From Anaeramoeba ignava BMAN (lineage: Eukaryota > Protista > Anaeramoebae), in contig JAPDFW010000094.1 in assembly GCA_028826165.1 (NCBI GenBank), forward strand, positions 200,611 through 264,610: a DNA stretch of 64,000 bases, given 5' to 3'. Below, in pieces: positions 25,708 to 38,600 of this stretch (positions are counted from its first letter, which is position 1; every line of letters begins with the position of its first letter). Under the pieces are notes generated by a model. The model had not been told where the DNA came from. It worked only from the letters and a program-made list of their open reading frames with translations, and did not search any database. The translations under genes and the position numbers were made by a program.

Positions 25708-25843
25708 TATTTTATTATTTTGATTTATTAAAAAAAAAAGTGAAAGAAAAAAAATGAAAAAATTTTTTGGAATGAAAAAAAATTTTTTTATTTTGAAAGA
25801 AAAAAAAAAAAATTTTAAATTGAAATTTTTTTAAGTTGAAATT

Positions 25844-27487
25844 CTATTTTTTGCTAAAAGGTTTTCTTTGCATATTCTGTTTTGGTTGATTTTTTCGAAA
25901 AGGCTTCTTCTTTTTCTTCTTCTTTTTCTTTTGTTGGTTCCGGTTTTGAGATTGATTTTGGTTTTTATTGATTTTTTCGTTTTGATTTTGATTTGTTTTT
26001 TTTTCGTCTTTATTTTTTTGATCAGGTCTAAAACTTGATAACGGACGAATAAAATGAGGCGTAGAAAGTTCGACTTTGGGTTTTGCGACCTCTTTATTTG
26101 CAAGCATTGGGGGAACATATTTGCCAACTTTTTTGGGGATAATTTTCTCTTGAGAATTTTGGTTTTTGGGGGTATTTTCATTTTGGATTGAATTTTGATT
26201 TAGGGATAAAAAGTCGAAATTTTCTTTTGATAAAGTAAAAACTTGATCGAGTTGGTCTTTTGGCAGGGGTTTCCAATCAACCTTTCTTATTGTATCAGCG
26301 GGGATTGTTTTTATTGCGAGACCATTATGGGAAAAGACTCTGAACTCGTTATCAACCTTCATTTGTGGGAACAAAACAGCGGTAAGTAAAAAATTGCTGC
26401 AATCAGACCATTTGGTAAGAACAGAGCACTCAGCCTTATTCTTGCGAATCAAACGGAAGTTCTCGATATCCCAGAAATGGATTTCGCCGCTCAGATTCCC
26501 GAACCCAGTAAAGACGGCGTATTTACCGTTTGGACTAAAACTGACACCGTTACAATGGATATTTCCAAAGTCATAAACTTGGTCGCATTTTTCGTCATAT
26601 AAAAACGGTTTTCCAGGCATGAAACCGCTGATAACAATGAACTCGTGGCGTGTGGGATGGAACGCATAGTCATAAACGGGGCCCTCAAGAAGAGGCACAT
26701 GAGCAAAAAACGAGCCGTTTGATTTTAGGAAAAAAAGTTTAGTCGATCCAAAATAGTTTTTATCTGTTTGATCGACACTAGAATTGGATCCGACCAGCAG
26801 GTATTCTTTGTCGTAACTCCACTTGACGTCGAGTTCGTCGACGGAGCCGAGCTGCTGCTGGTACAGGGCCTGAGAACGGGGATACTCACAAATGCGGAAC
26901 ATGGAAGACATTCCTTTCTGTTTTATAAAGAATAAAAGAAAATATTGTCCGAGTTTCTTTCCGCTCACAAACTCGAACGACGCGATACCCTTAACTCCCA
27001 TTGTTTTGATCGGGTTCAGATGGATGTTTTCGGTTGTGAAGAAAATTATCTGATTATGATCCATTCTTGCACAAAGTTGCTCATCTTCAGTAAAAATAAA
27101 GTGTTTGCTTTTGTCGTTGAAGTTGATCTGCGTGAAACGTTGGACTTCCTTTCCTTTCTTAAGATCCCAAACGGCTATGTTCCCCTTCTTGTTTTGCTGG
27201 TGATCTGGTGTCATTTTTTCATATGTGATTAGGTAGTTATCTAGTGGTGAAAATTCCATTTTGTATGGCTTGGAAAATTGCTTTAATTCTTGCTCGGTTT
27301 TTCCTGTTATTATGTTCTTGATTTTGATTTCTAATTCGTCCAGTATTGCTATTTTCTCTCCTTTATTACTGTACTCAAAATTCGTCCCTTTTTCTTCTTT
27401 TTCTTGTTTTAATTCGAATGGGTTTGTGTATGTTATTGTTCCTGCTTTGCTTATTATTGTGATTTGTTGTTGTATTTTTTCTGTCAT
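25844..27487 (-). CDS. EIF2A: Translation initiation factor eIF2A (WD40 beta-propeller)
   Basis: Intronless. VDQTDKNYFGSTKL, EGPVYDYAFHP, FIVISGFMP, GFGNLSGEIHFWD, KVDNEFRVF and GKYVPP match eIF2A. Confidence 0.9.
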   Translation of the reverse strand: MTEKIQQQITIISKAGTITYTNPFELKQEKEEKGTNFEYSNKGEKIAILDELEIKIKNIITGKTEQELKQFSKPYKMEFSPLDNYLITYEKMTPDHQQNKKGNIAVWDLKKGKEVQRFTQINFNDKSKHFIFTEDEQLCARMDHNQIIFFTTENIHLNPIKTMGVKGIASFEFVSGKKLGQYFLLFFIKQKGMSSMFRICEYPRSQALYQQQLGSVDELDVKWSYDKEYLLVGSNSSVDQTDKNYFGSTKLFFLKSNGSFFAHVPLLEGPVYDYAFHPTRHEFIVISGFMPGKPFLYDEKCDQVYDFGNIHCNGVSFSPNGKYAVFTGFGNLSGEIHFWDIENFRLIRKNKAECSVLTKWSDCSNFLLTAVLFPQMKVDNEFRVFSHNGLAIKTIPADTIRKVDWKPLPKDQLDQVFTLSKENFDFLSLNQNSIQNENTPKNQNSQEKIIPKKVGKYVPPMLANKEVAKPKVELSTPHFIRPLSSFRPDQKNKDEKKTNQNQNEKINKNQNQSQNRNQQKKKKKKKKKPFRKNQPKQNMQRKPFSKK

Positions 27488-27866
27488 TATATTTTAAAAT
27501 TTTAAAATGAATGAAAAAATGAAAAAATGAAAAAATGAAAAAATTTTAATTTTAATTTTAATTTTAATTTTAATTTTAATTTTAATTTTAATTTTAATTT
27601 TAATTTTAATTTTAATTTCAATTTTAATTTTAAATTTTAATTTTAATTTTAATTTTAGTTTTAAATCAATTATTTATTTGATTTCAATTTTAATTTTAAA
27701 TTTTAATTTTGATTTTGATTTTAATTTTAAATCAATTATTTATTTGATTTCAATTTTCCAAAAAAAAATTTGTTCTTCTTTTTCATTTTCTTTGTTAAAA
27801 AAAAAGCTTAAATTTTATTAAAAAAAAATTTTTCTTTGGTTTTTTCTTGATTAAAATAAAATCAAT

Positions 27867-28634
27867 TTAATATTTAAGAATGTCATCATCAAATTGATTA
27901 TAATCAATATCTTCATTTACACGTCTTGGAACTCGCATATATTGATTTCTGTTTTTTCTTCTGATAAATTTAAATCTAATAAAACAACCAACAAAAAATA
28001 AGAAATAAGCTATTCCACTTCCAAAAAGATAATAAGATAAATCTTTATTATCTTTTCCATTTAAACTTCCAATATTTCCTTGTTTATTAAAATAAAAGAG
28101 AATTCCAAGAAATGTCTAAAAAATAATTGAAATGGATTTTAATATTAATTTTAAAATGAATTTTAATATTAATTTTAAATTTTAATTTTAATTTAAATTT
28201 GAATTTTAATTTTAATTTTAATTTTAATTTTAATTTTAATTTTAATTTTGATTTTAATTTTAATTTTAATTTTAATTTTAATTTTAATTTTAATTTTGAT
28301 TTTAATTTTAATTATAATTTTAATTTTAATTTTAATTTTAATTTTAATTTTAATTTTAATTTTAATTTTAATTATAAATTTAATTTTAATTTTAATTTTA
28401 ATTTTAATTTTATAAATGAATTTTAATTTAATATTGATTTGAATTTAATATTGATTTTAATTTCAAAATAAATTTGTAATTTTTGTTAAAATGGTTAAAT
28501 TGAACTAAAATTTAAAATTAATTTTTTGTTTAGTTTCATTTTTAATTTGATACAAGCATAATTGTGCCCCAAAAACCAAGAACAATACAACAAACTGCAC
28601 ATTTAAGACCTGGAACAATTACTTTTAAACCCAT
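27867..28634 (-). CDS. RNASEK: RNase kappa / V-ATPase Vo subunit f homologue (109 aa), 2 exons, not in ORF track
   Basis: Exons 28634-28554 and 28115-27867 give MGLKVIVPGLKCAVCCIVLGFWGTIML|TFLGILF, matching the RNASEK N-terminal pattern [27 protein letters not shown]. A second TM helix follows. Confidence 0.72.
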
Positions 28635-28763
28635 TTTATTTTTATAATTATAATTATTAAATGAAAAAAAATGAAAAAAATGAAAAAATGAAAAATTGAA
28701 AAATTTTTTTTTCTTTTTTTTTAATTTTTTTTTCTTTTTCTTTTGCTTTAAACAAATTTTAAT

Positions 28764-31700
28764 TCATTTAAATTGATTTGATTGCCTCGTCATTGTGATC
28801 CAAAACATAAAAACAGGAATCATTAATAACACTTGAGCAACCATTTCAATTGAAATAATCGATTCTTTCAAACCATATCTAAAAAAAAAATCAAAATCAA
28901 ATTTAAAATGAAAAATTATAATTGAAATTAATATCAATATCAAAATAAATATAAATATAAATATCAATATAAATATCAAAATCAAAATCAATATCAATAT
29001 AAATATCAATATCAATATCAATATCAATATCAATATCAATATCAATATCAATATAAATATCAATATCAATATAAATATCAATATCAATATCAATATCAAT
29101 ATAAATATAAATATAAATATAAATATCAATATAAATATAAATATAAATATAAATATCAATATAAATATCAATATAAATATCAATAATATAAATATAAAAT
29201 ATGAAATATCAATATAAATATCAATATAAATATCAATATCAATATCAAAATATCAATATCAATATCAATATAAATATCAATATAAATATCAATATCAATA
29301 TCAAAATAATATAAATATAAATATCAATATCAATATCAATATAAAATAAATATAAATATCAAATCAATATCAATATCAAAAAAATATAAATATCAAAATC
29401 AATATAAATATCAATATCAATATAAATATAAATATCAAATCAATATGAAATAATATCAATATCAATATCAATATCAATATCAATATCAATATCAATATAA
29501 ATATCAATATTAATATAAATATCAATATAAATATAAATATAAATATAAATACTAAATATCAATATCAATATCAATATAAATATCAATATAAATATCAATA
29601 TCAATATAAATATAAATATCAATATAAATATAAATATAAATATAAATATAAAATATAAATATAAATATAAATATCAATATCAATATCAATATCAATATCA
29701 AATATCAATATCAATATCAATATCAAAATATCAATATCAATATAAATATCAATATCAATATCAATATAAAATATAAATATAAATATCAAAATCAAAATCC
29801 CAAAGTAAATATAAAATCAAAAATCCAAAATATAAATATCAAAAATCAAAATCAATATCAATATAAATATCAAAATCAAAATCAAATATAAATATCAATA
29901 TAAATATAAATATATAAATATAAATATAAATATAAAATATAAATATCAATATATAAATAAATATCAATATAAAATATGAAAATCGTATCAAATATCAATA
30001 TCCCAAAATCAATAAATATAAATATAAAATATAAATATAAATAAAAATATAAAATATAAAATATAAATATATCAAAAATATAAATATAAATATAAATAAA
30101 AATATCAATATCAATATAAAATATAAATATCAATATAAATAATAAAAATATAATAATATCAATATAAATATCAATATCAATATAAATATAAATATCAAAA
30201 TCAATATAAATATAAATATCAATATCAATAAATCAATATCAATATCAAAATAAATATCAAATATAAAAAATATAAATATCAAAAAAATCAAAATAAATAT
30301 CAATATCAATATCAAATATCATCAATATCAATATGAAATATAAATATCATAAAATCAATCAATATAAAATCAATATAAATATAAATATAAAATATAAATA
30401 TAAATATCCTCCAATATCAATATCAAATATATAAATATCAAAAATATAAATATAAATATAAATATAAATAAAATTCTAAATATAAATATCAATATAAATA
30501 TCAATATAAAATAATAATATCAATATCAATATCAATATCAATATAATATAAATATAAATATAAAATAATATCAATCAATATCAATATAAATATCAATATC
30601 AATATCAATATCAAAATCAATATAAATATAAATATCAATATCAATATCCAATATCAAATATGTAAAATATAAATATAAATATAAATATAAATATCAAGTA
30701 AATATAAATAATATAAAATATCAATATCAATATCAATATCAATATAAATATAAATATAAATATCAATATAAATATAAATATCAATATCAATATAAAAATA
30801 TAAATATAAATATCAATATCAAATATAAATATCAATATAAATATCAATATCAAAATCAATATAAATATCAATATCAATATCAAATATAAATATCAAAATA
30901 AATAAAAATATCAAATCAATATCAATATCAATATAAATATCAAGTAAATATCAATATAAATATCAATATAAATATAAATATAAATATAAATATAAATATA
31001 AATATATAAATATAAATATAAATATCATCATATAATTATAAATATCAAAATAGAATAAATATCAATATAAATAAATAAAAATATAAATATAAATATCAAT
31101 ATCAATATCAAAATATAAATATGGAAATCCAAATATAAATATCAATATAAATATAAAATATCAATATAAATATCAATATCAATATCAATCAATATAAATA
31201 TCAATATCAATATATAAATATAAATATAAATATAAATATAAATATAAATATATAAATATCAATATAAATATGAAAAATATCAATATAAATATCAAAATCA
31301 ATAAATATCAATATAAATATCAAATATAAATATAAATATCAATATCAAAATCAATAAATATCAATATCAATAAATATAAATATAAATATATCAATAAATA
31401 TCAATATCAAAATATAAATATAAATATAAATATAAATATCAAATATAAATATCAATATAAATATCAATATATCAATCAATATCAAATATAAATATAAATA
31501 TCAATATCAATATCAATATATCAATATAAATATAAATATCAATAAATATCAATATCAATATAAATATCAATATCAATATCAGCCATCAATATCAATATCA
31601 ATATCAATATCAATATAAATATCAATATCAATATCAATATCAATATCAAATCAATATAAATATAAATATCAAAATATAAATATCAATATAAATATAAATA

Positions 31701-34700
31701 TAAATATCAATATCAATATAAATATCAATATGAAATATAAATATCAATATCAATATCAATATCAATATCAAATCAATATCAATATCAATATAAATATAAA
31801 TATAAATATAAAATATAAATATAAATATCAATATCAATATAAATATCAATATCAATATCAATATAAATATCAAAATCAATATAAATATAAATATCAATAT
31901 AAAATATTAATATCAATATCAATATAAATATCAATATCAAAATCAATATAAATATAAATATAAATATAAAATCAATAAATATAAATATCAATATCAATAT
32001 AAATATAAAAATCAATATAAATATAAATATCAGAAATCAATATCAATATAAAATATCAAATATCAATATCAAATAAGAAATATAAATATAAAAATCAAAA
32101 TAAAATCAATATCAATATAAATATCAATATAAATATAAATATCAATATATCAAATAAAATATCAATATCAATATCAATATCAATATCAATATCAATATCA
32201 ATATCAATAAATATAAATATAAATATAAATAATATAAATATAAATATATAAAATATATGGAAACAAATATAAATATAAAAATAAATATAAATATAAAGAA
32301 ATATAAAATAAATATAAATATAAATATAAATATGAAATATAAATAAATATAAATATAAATATAAATATAAATATAAATAAATATAAATATAAATATAAAT
32401 ATAAATATAAATATAAATATAAATATAAATATAAAAATCAAAAATAAATATCAATATAAATATAAATATAAATATCAATATCAATATCAATATCAATATC
32501 AATATCAATATAAATATAAATATAAATATCAATATCAATATCAAAATCAAAAATATAAATAAAATATAAAAATAAAATATAAATATCAATATAAATATAA
32601 ATATAAATATAAAATATAAATATCAATATCAATATAAATATAAATATCAATATCAATATCAATATCAATATCAATATCAATATCAAAATCAAAATCAATA
32701 TCAATATAAATATAAATATCAATATCAATATCAATATCAAAATAAATATAAATATCAATATCAAAATAAATATAAATATCAAAATCAAAATCAATATAAA
32801 TATAAATATCAATATCAAAATCAATATCAATATCAATATCAATATCAATATCAATATCAATATCAATATCAATATAAATATCAATATCAATATCAATATC
32901 AAAATAAATATAAATATCAATATCAAAATAAATATAAATATCAAAATCAAAATCAATATAAATATAAATATTAAAATAAATTTATACTGTCGTGAAAGAA
33001 CATAAGTTAAAAGTGAAAGTGGTAAAGAACTAATAATAATCATCATTTGAGCTCGTTCTCCTTTAAAATTTAATATAAAAACAGTTAACATTGAAATAGA
33101 AGGATACAAAAAAGCTTTCATTAAATAATATAAAATAACACTTTTCCAAGAAAATTTTGTTTCTTTTTTTTGTGAAATAAATAATCCAATTGAAACTAAA
33201 GCTAATGGAAAAACAAGTGAAGCTTTTTTTTTGGATTAAATATTGATTATTTTAAATTGATTATTTTAAATTGATTTTAAATTGATTATTTTGAATTGAT
33301 TTTAAATTGATTATTTTGAATTGATTTTAAATTGATTATTTTAAATTGATTTTGAATTGATTTTAAATTGATTATTTTAAATTGATTTTAAATTGATTAT
33401 TTTAAATTGATTTTAAATTGATTATTTTAAATTGATTATTTTAAATTGATTTTAAATTGATTTTAAATTGATTATTTTAAATTGATTATTTTAAATTGAT
33501 TTTAAATTGATTATAAATTGATTTTAAATTGATTATTTTAAATTGATTTTAAATTGATTATTTTAAATTGATTTTAAATTGATTATTTTAAATTGATTAT
33601 TTTGAATTGATTTTAAATTGATTATTTTAAATTGATTTTAAATTGATTATTTTAAATTGATTATTTTAAATTGATTTTGAATTGATTATAAATTGATTTT
33701 AAATTGATTATTTTAAATTGATTTTAAATTGATTATTTTAAATTGATTATTTTAAATTGATTATTTTAAATTGATTATTTTAAATTGATTATTTTAAATT
33801 GATTATTTTGAATTGATTTTAAATTGATTTTAAATTGATTATTTTGAATTGATTATTTTAAATTGATTATTTTAAATTGATTATTTTAAATTGATTATTT
33901 TGAATTGATTATTTTAAATTGATTATTTTAAATTGATTATTTTAAATTGATTTTAAATTGATTTTAAATTGATTATTTTAAATTGATTTTAAATTGATTT
34001 TAAATTGATTTTAAATTGATTTTAAATTGATTTTAAATTGATTATTTTAAATTGATTTTAAATTGATTATTTTAAATTGATTATTTTAAATTGATTATTT
34101 TAAATTGATTATTTTAAATTGATTATTTTAAATTGATTTTGAATTAATTTTAAATTGATTTAAATATTGATTATTTTGAATTGACTTTAAATTGATTATT
34201 TTAAATTGTTTTTAAATTGATTATTTTAAATTGATTTTGAATTGATTTTAAATTGATTTTAAATTGATTTTAAATTGATTATTTTAAATTGATTATTTTA
34301 AATTGATTTTAAATTGATTATTTTAAATTGATTATTTTAAATTGATTTTAAATTGATTATTTTGAATTGATTTTAAATTGATTTTGAATTGATTATTTTA
34401 AATTGATTATTTTAAATTGATTATTTTAAATTGATTTTAAATTGATTATTTTAAATTGATTTTAAATTGATTATTTTAAATTGATTATTTTGAATTGATT
34501 ATTTTGAATTGTTTTTAAATTGATTATTTTAAATTGATTTTAAATTGATTTTAAATTGATTTTGAATTGATTTTGAATTGATTTTTTTTACAAGTAGTTT
34601 CAAGTACTCGATCAATTAATTTTGGCAAAGGAATTCTAAGTATCGAATATAAAAGTCCTAAAAGTGTTGAAATCATTAAAGGATTAATAAAAGATTTTTT

Positions 34701-35561
34701 AATCAAAATAAAAAGTAATCGCTTTTTTGAAAATCTCTTTCTTTGATTTGCTTTTTCTGTAAAATTATCTTCTGAAAAATCAATTTCAATCCATTGATCT
34801 TTTTTCACAAAATTTTGTTGATTTTTAGTAAGACTAACTTCTTCCAAATTAGAATCAGAAATAGGAACAATCTCCTTTCGATATTTCCTTTTCATATCAA
34901 GAATTTCAAAGAGAACAATACAAAAAGGTAATTGAGTTAAACATCCTGCAAGATTTGCTAAAGTAGGATAAATTCGGGATTCTTTTCCATATAAAGAATC
35001 AAAAATCGGAAATCCAAAAACAATATTGTTTGTAAAAGTAATTAAAATTAAATTGCTCATAACAGATGTAATTGATCTTCCTTCAATTAACATTGCTCCT
35101 AAAACAACAATTGTACAAGCTTATATATTGATATTTTTGTTTTTGAAAAAAAAAAAAAAGTGGAACAAAAAAATTTTTTTGAATTGGCAAAAAAAAATAA
35201 TATAATTTTATTAATAAATTAATTTAAAATACCTATAAATATAAAAACAAGATATGAAAGAAAAAATTTCCATTCAATTTTATCACTATTAAAAAAATGG
35301 GTTTATTTTTAAAAGAAAAAAAAAATTTTTAATTCATCAAATTATTTTAAAATTTAATTTGGAAAAAAATTTTAAGTACAAATCAAATTTTGCAATTGTT
35401 TGAAAAAGTAGAGCAGATAAACCAAATTGAAAAACAAGAGAATTGTAAATAAGACTAAATTGAGTTGGTATTATTTTTAATTTCCCACATAAAAAACCTA
35501 AGAAAATTACTGATAGAATTGAAATTCCAACTTCAACTAAATCTAAATAAATGTTTGACAT
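28764..35561 (-). CDS. Auxin-efflux-carrier / PIN-like (Mem_trans) transporter, 5 exons
   Basis: ISILSVIFLGFLCG, NSLVFQFGLSALLF, TNNIVFGFPIF, INPLMISTLLGL, FPLALVSIGL, SLPLSLLTYVLSRQYG. Last exons are 33222-32987 and 28878-28764. Confidence 0.85.
28879..32986 (-). repeat. 4.1-kb intron of (ATATCA/ATATAA)n hexamers (+ strand)
   Basis: Seen directly; source of many spurious ILIF/DIYI ORFs. Confidence 0.9.
33223..34591 (-). repeat. 1.4-kb intron of (AAATTGATTTT/AAATTGATTATTTT)n (+ strand)
   Basis: Seen directly. Confidence 0.9.
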
Positions 35562-35615
35562 GAAGGAAAAAATGAAAAAATTTTTTCATTTTTTTTTCAT
35601 TTTTTTTCTTTTCAA
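35562..35615. promoter_or_regulatory. 54-bp bidirectional promoter with a 28-bp palindrome of back-to-back TCATTT initiator-like motifs
   Basis: Lies between divergent ATGs at 35561 (-) and 35616 (+). 35567-35594 = AAAAAATGAAAAAATTTTTTCATTTTTT. Confidence 0.55.
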
Positions 35616-38600
35616 ATGGAAATTATTGATTTAATTTTAAAAAATAGATTTGGAGAAATTAAAAAGAAATTTAATAAAGATGATCCAATTTGGAAATTTA
35701 AAACTGTAGAATTGTTATTATAATTATTTTTCTTTTAAAGAAATAATCAAAAAAAAAATTTATTTAAAATTTAAAATTTAAAATAGAATTGTGTAAAAAA
35801 ATTTTTTTTAACTTTGAAAAAAAAAGTTTGAATATTAAAATTTACATTTTATTTAGCAAGAAACACTTCTTCATTTAATTATGTGTAAAAAACCAACAAC
35901 AAAACAAATTTTATTTTTATTAGAATATATTCAAGTTGATGTTGAATCTGTTTGAAATTAAAAAAATTAAAAAAATTAAAAAAATTAAAAATATAAAAAT
36001 TAAAAATAAAAAGATTGTAAAAATAAAATTTAATTAAAAATAATTGATTAATGTTTATAAATTTAAATAAAAAAGGCTGTAAAAAAATTATTTTTATTTT
36101 TATAATCATTTTTTAAATATTATTTTTAGGGAATAACTCCTCTTCATTATGCAATAGAAAATAATGTTGATTTTGAAATTATTAGATTACTTATTGACAT
36201 GAATTCTGATATTGAAAAAAGAAATGTATAAAATCATTTTATTAATTTTAAAATCAAAAATATTTTTTATTATAATTTTTTCATTTAAGAATGTAAATAT
36301 TATTTTTTTAAAAAAATAAAACTTCTTTTATTAAAAAAATCTAATTCATTTTTTTGTAAATTAAAGATTGTAAATATTTAAAATATTAGAAATAATAAAA
36401 GAAATTAATTTTTTAGTTGAAAAAAAATTTAAGGGAGAAACTCCTTTATTTATTGCATTAAGAAAACAAAATTCAGATGCTGTTAATTATTTAATTAAAA
36501 AAGGTGCAAGAATTAGCGCAATAGAAGTATTATAGATAATATAAATAATAATATAAATAATAAAAATAAACATTTTGATTTAGGGAGTATTTTTAAAAGA
36601 AAAAAAGAAATTTTGAATTAAATAATTATTTAAATTTTGAAAGAGAGTAAAATTATTTAAAAATATTATTTATAAAAATATTTATATATAATATATTTAA
36701 AAAGGGAAATTCTGTGTTACATTATGCTTGTCAATATCAAGCATCAACTTCATTTATAAAGGATTTAGTAGAATCAAGATTAGATATTAATCAAGAAAAT
36801 GTGTAAAAAAAATATATATTTACAATTTTTAAAAAAGAAAATAATTCTTTAAATTTATTTTTCTTGTTTATTTTTTGGATTAGATTTTCTTTTTTTTTAA
36901 ATTTATTATTTGGAGAAAAATCTCAATTATTTAATTAATCAATAACCCATTTTTTTAAACAAAAAAAGCATCAAAATTCAACTTCTTTTCATTTAGCTTT
37001 AAGTACAGAAAATCCAAATATTGAAACAATTAAATTTTTAATTTCAAAAGGAGCTGATCTTAATAAATCAAATGTAAATAAATTACTTCCAAAAATCTAA
37101 TTAAAATATTCAAATTATTTTAGAAAGTAAATATTAAAATATTTAAAAAAAAGAAGAAATTAAATTAAGAAAATGAAAAATTATTTTTTAGTCTGTAAAA
37201 AAATTTAAAAAAATCTAATTTAAATTTAAATTAAATTAAATATCAAAAATGATATAATTTTAGTCAATGACTCCTCTTCATTTTTTATCTACATTTTCTG
37301 ATGATGTTGAAGTTTTAAAATTATTATTAGATTCTGGTGCTTTAATTGATAAATTAGATGTAAATATTAAATATTTTATTTTTTCAAGTATTTAAATAAA
37401 TAATATTTGAAATAAATTTTTATTTTTATAAGTGGGTAAATTTAATTCTTCTAAAAAAATAAATTTTTAATAATTATATTGATTAAATTCAAAAACAAAA
37501 GAAAGTAAAAAGAAAAATCTTTTTGAATATTATTTTTTTGATTAAAGATTAATTTGGTTTTTTTTTAAAAAAAAAATAAAAGAAAAATAATCCTGTTGAT
37601 ATTGCTTTTCAAATGGGACATTCAAAGATTTTGGATTTCTTTTTGGGAAATGGAAAAAAATTTTCAAGACAATTAGAAGTTTGTTAAACAAAAAAATTTA
37701 CAATCATTTTTTTATATTAATTATTATAATTATTTATTAGGAAGTAAAATTTTATTTCTTATTCATTTTATATCAAAAAAATGATTTTTTTAATTTTAAA
37801 TTTTGAATTTAGATTTTTTTGGATTTTTTTAGAAATAAATCAGATCCAAAAACATTAGAAGTTTTAATGGATAATATGTTTATTTTCAATTTGAAAATTG
37901 TAAAAAAGGAAATGAAAAAATTTAATTATTTAAAAAATATTTACAAAATATTTTTAGCAAGTAAATTTAAAAAAAATATTTAAAAAAGATTTATGAAAAA
38001 TATTTATGAAAAATTTGAAGGATTTTTCCAATTTTATTTTTAATTTTGAAACAACGGAAACGATAGATTTATTACATTTTATTAAACCAAGAGATGATTA
38101 TAGATTTTTAATTGCAAAATCATTATTTAATTATGGAGGAGAAGTACTTTTAACAGAAGTAAAAAATTTAAAATTCATTTATAAAAATTTAAAATTAAAA
38201 TTAAAATCAAAATCAATATTAAAAAAAGGATGATTCCGAACTTCAGGAATTAAGAGATAAAAATTTAAGTATAATTGATGATTTTAAAACTTTATACAAA
38301 AATCAAGAATTTTGTGATTTAACAATTCATTGTATTGATGGAAAAATTAATCTTCACAAAACAATATTTAATGCAAGAGTTAATGACTTTACAAAAGCAA
38401 TAAATTTCCTTCAAGATCAACCTCTCAAATCCACAAAGAGAATTGTGAAGTTTTTATACACAGGAATGATAAAAAAAGAAACAGATTTTTCAAATGTGAA
38501 GAATTTTTATGAGAAAATAGATGAAAATTATAAAAAAAGAATAGGAAAAAAAGGATTAATTTCTGATATATCTAAACTTTATGAGAAAAAAGATACAAGC

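Noticed and set aside
26300-27200. GC-richer island as horizontally acquired DNA, with overlapping antisense ORFs
   Set aside because: It is the interior of the eukaryotic eIF2A gene. The same GC rise occurs in other long exons, and the short ORFs are shadows.
28900-32980. Dozens of ILIF/DIYI/KYQY ORFs here, and similar ones at 8.8-9.4, 13.2-13.9, 15.8-17.5, 24.2-24.8, 46.8-47.2, 49.5-50.4 and 52.6-54.0 kb
   Set aside because: They are stop-free translations of hexamer microsatellites in introns, or antisense and alternate frames of NQ tracts; not genes.
36801-36968. Additional microexons in the 168-nt ankyrin intron
   Set aside because: No AG-NNN-GT is present, and the downstream exon already supplies the two hairpin residues.
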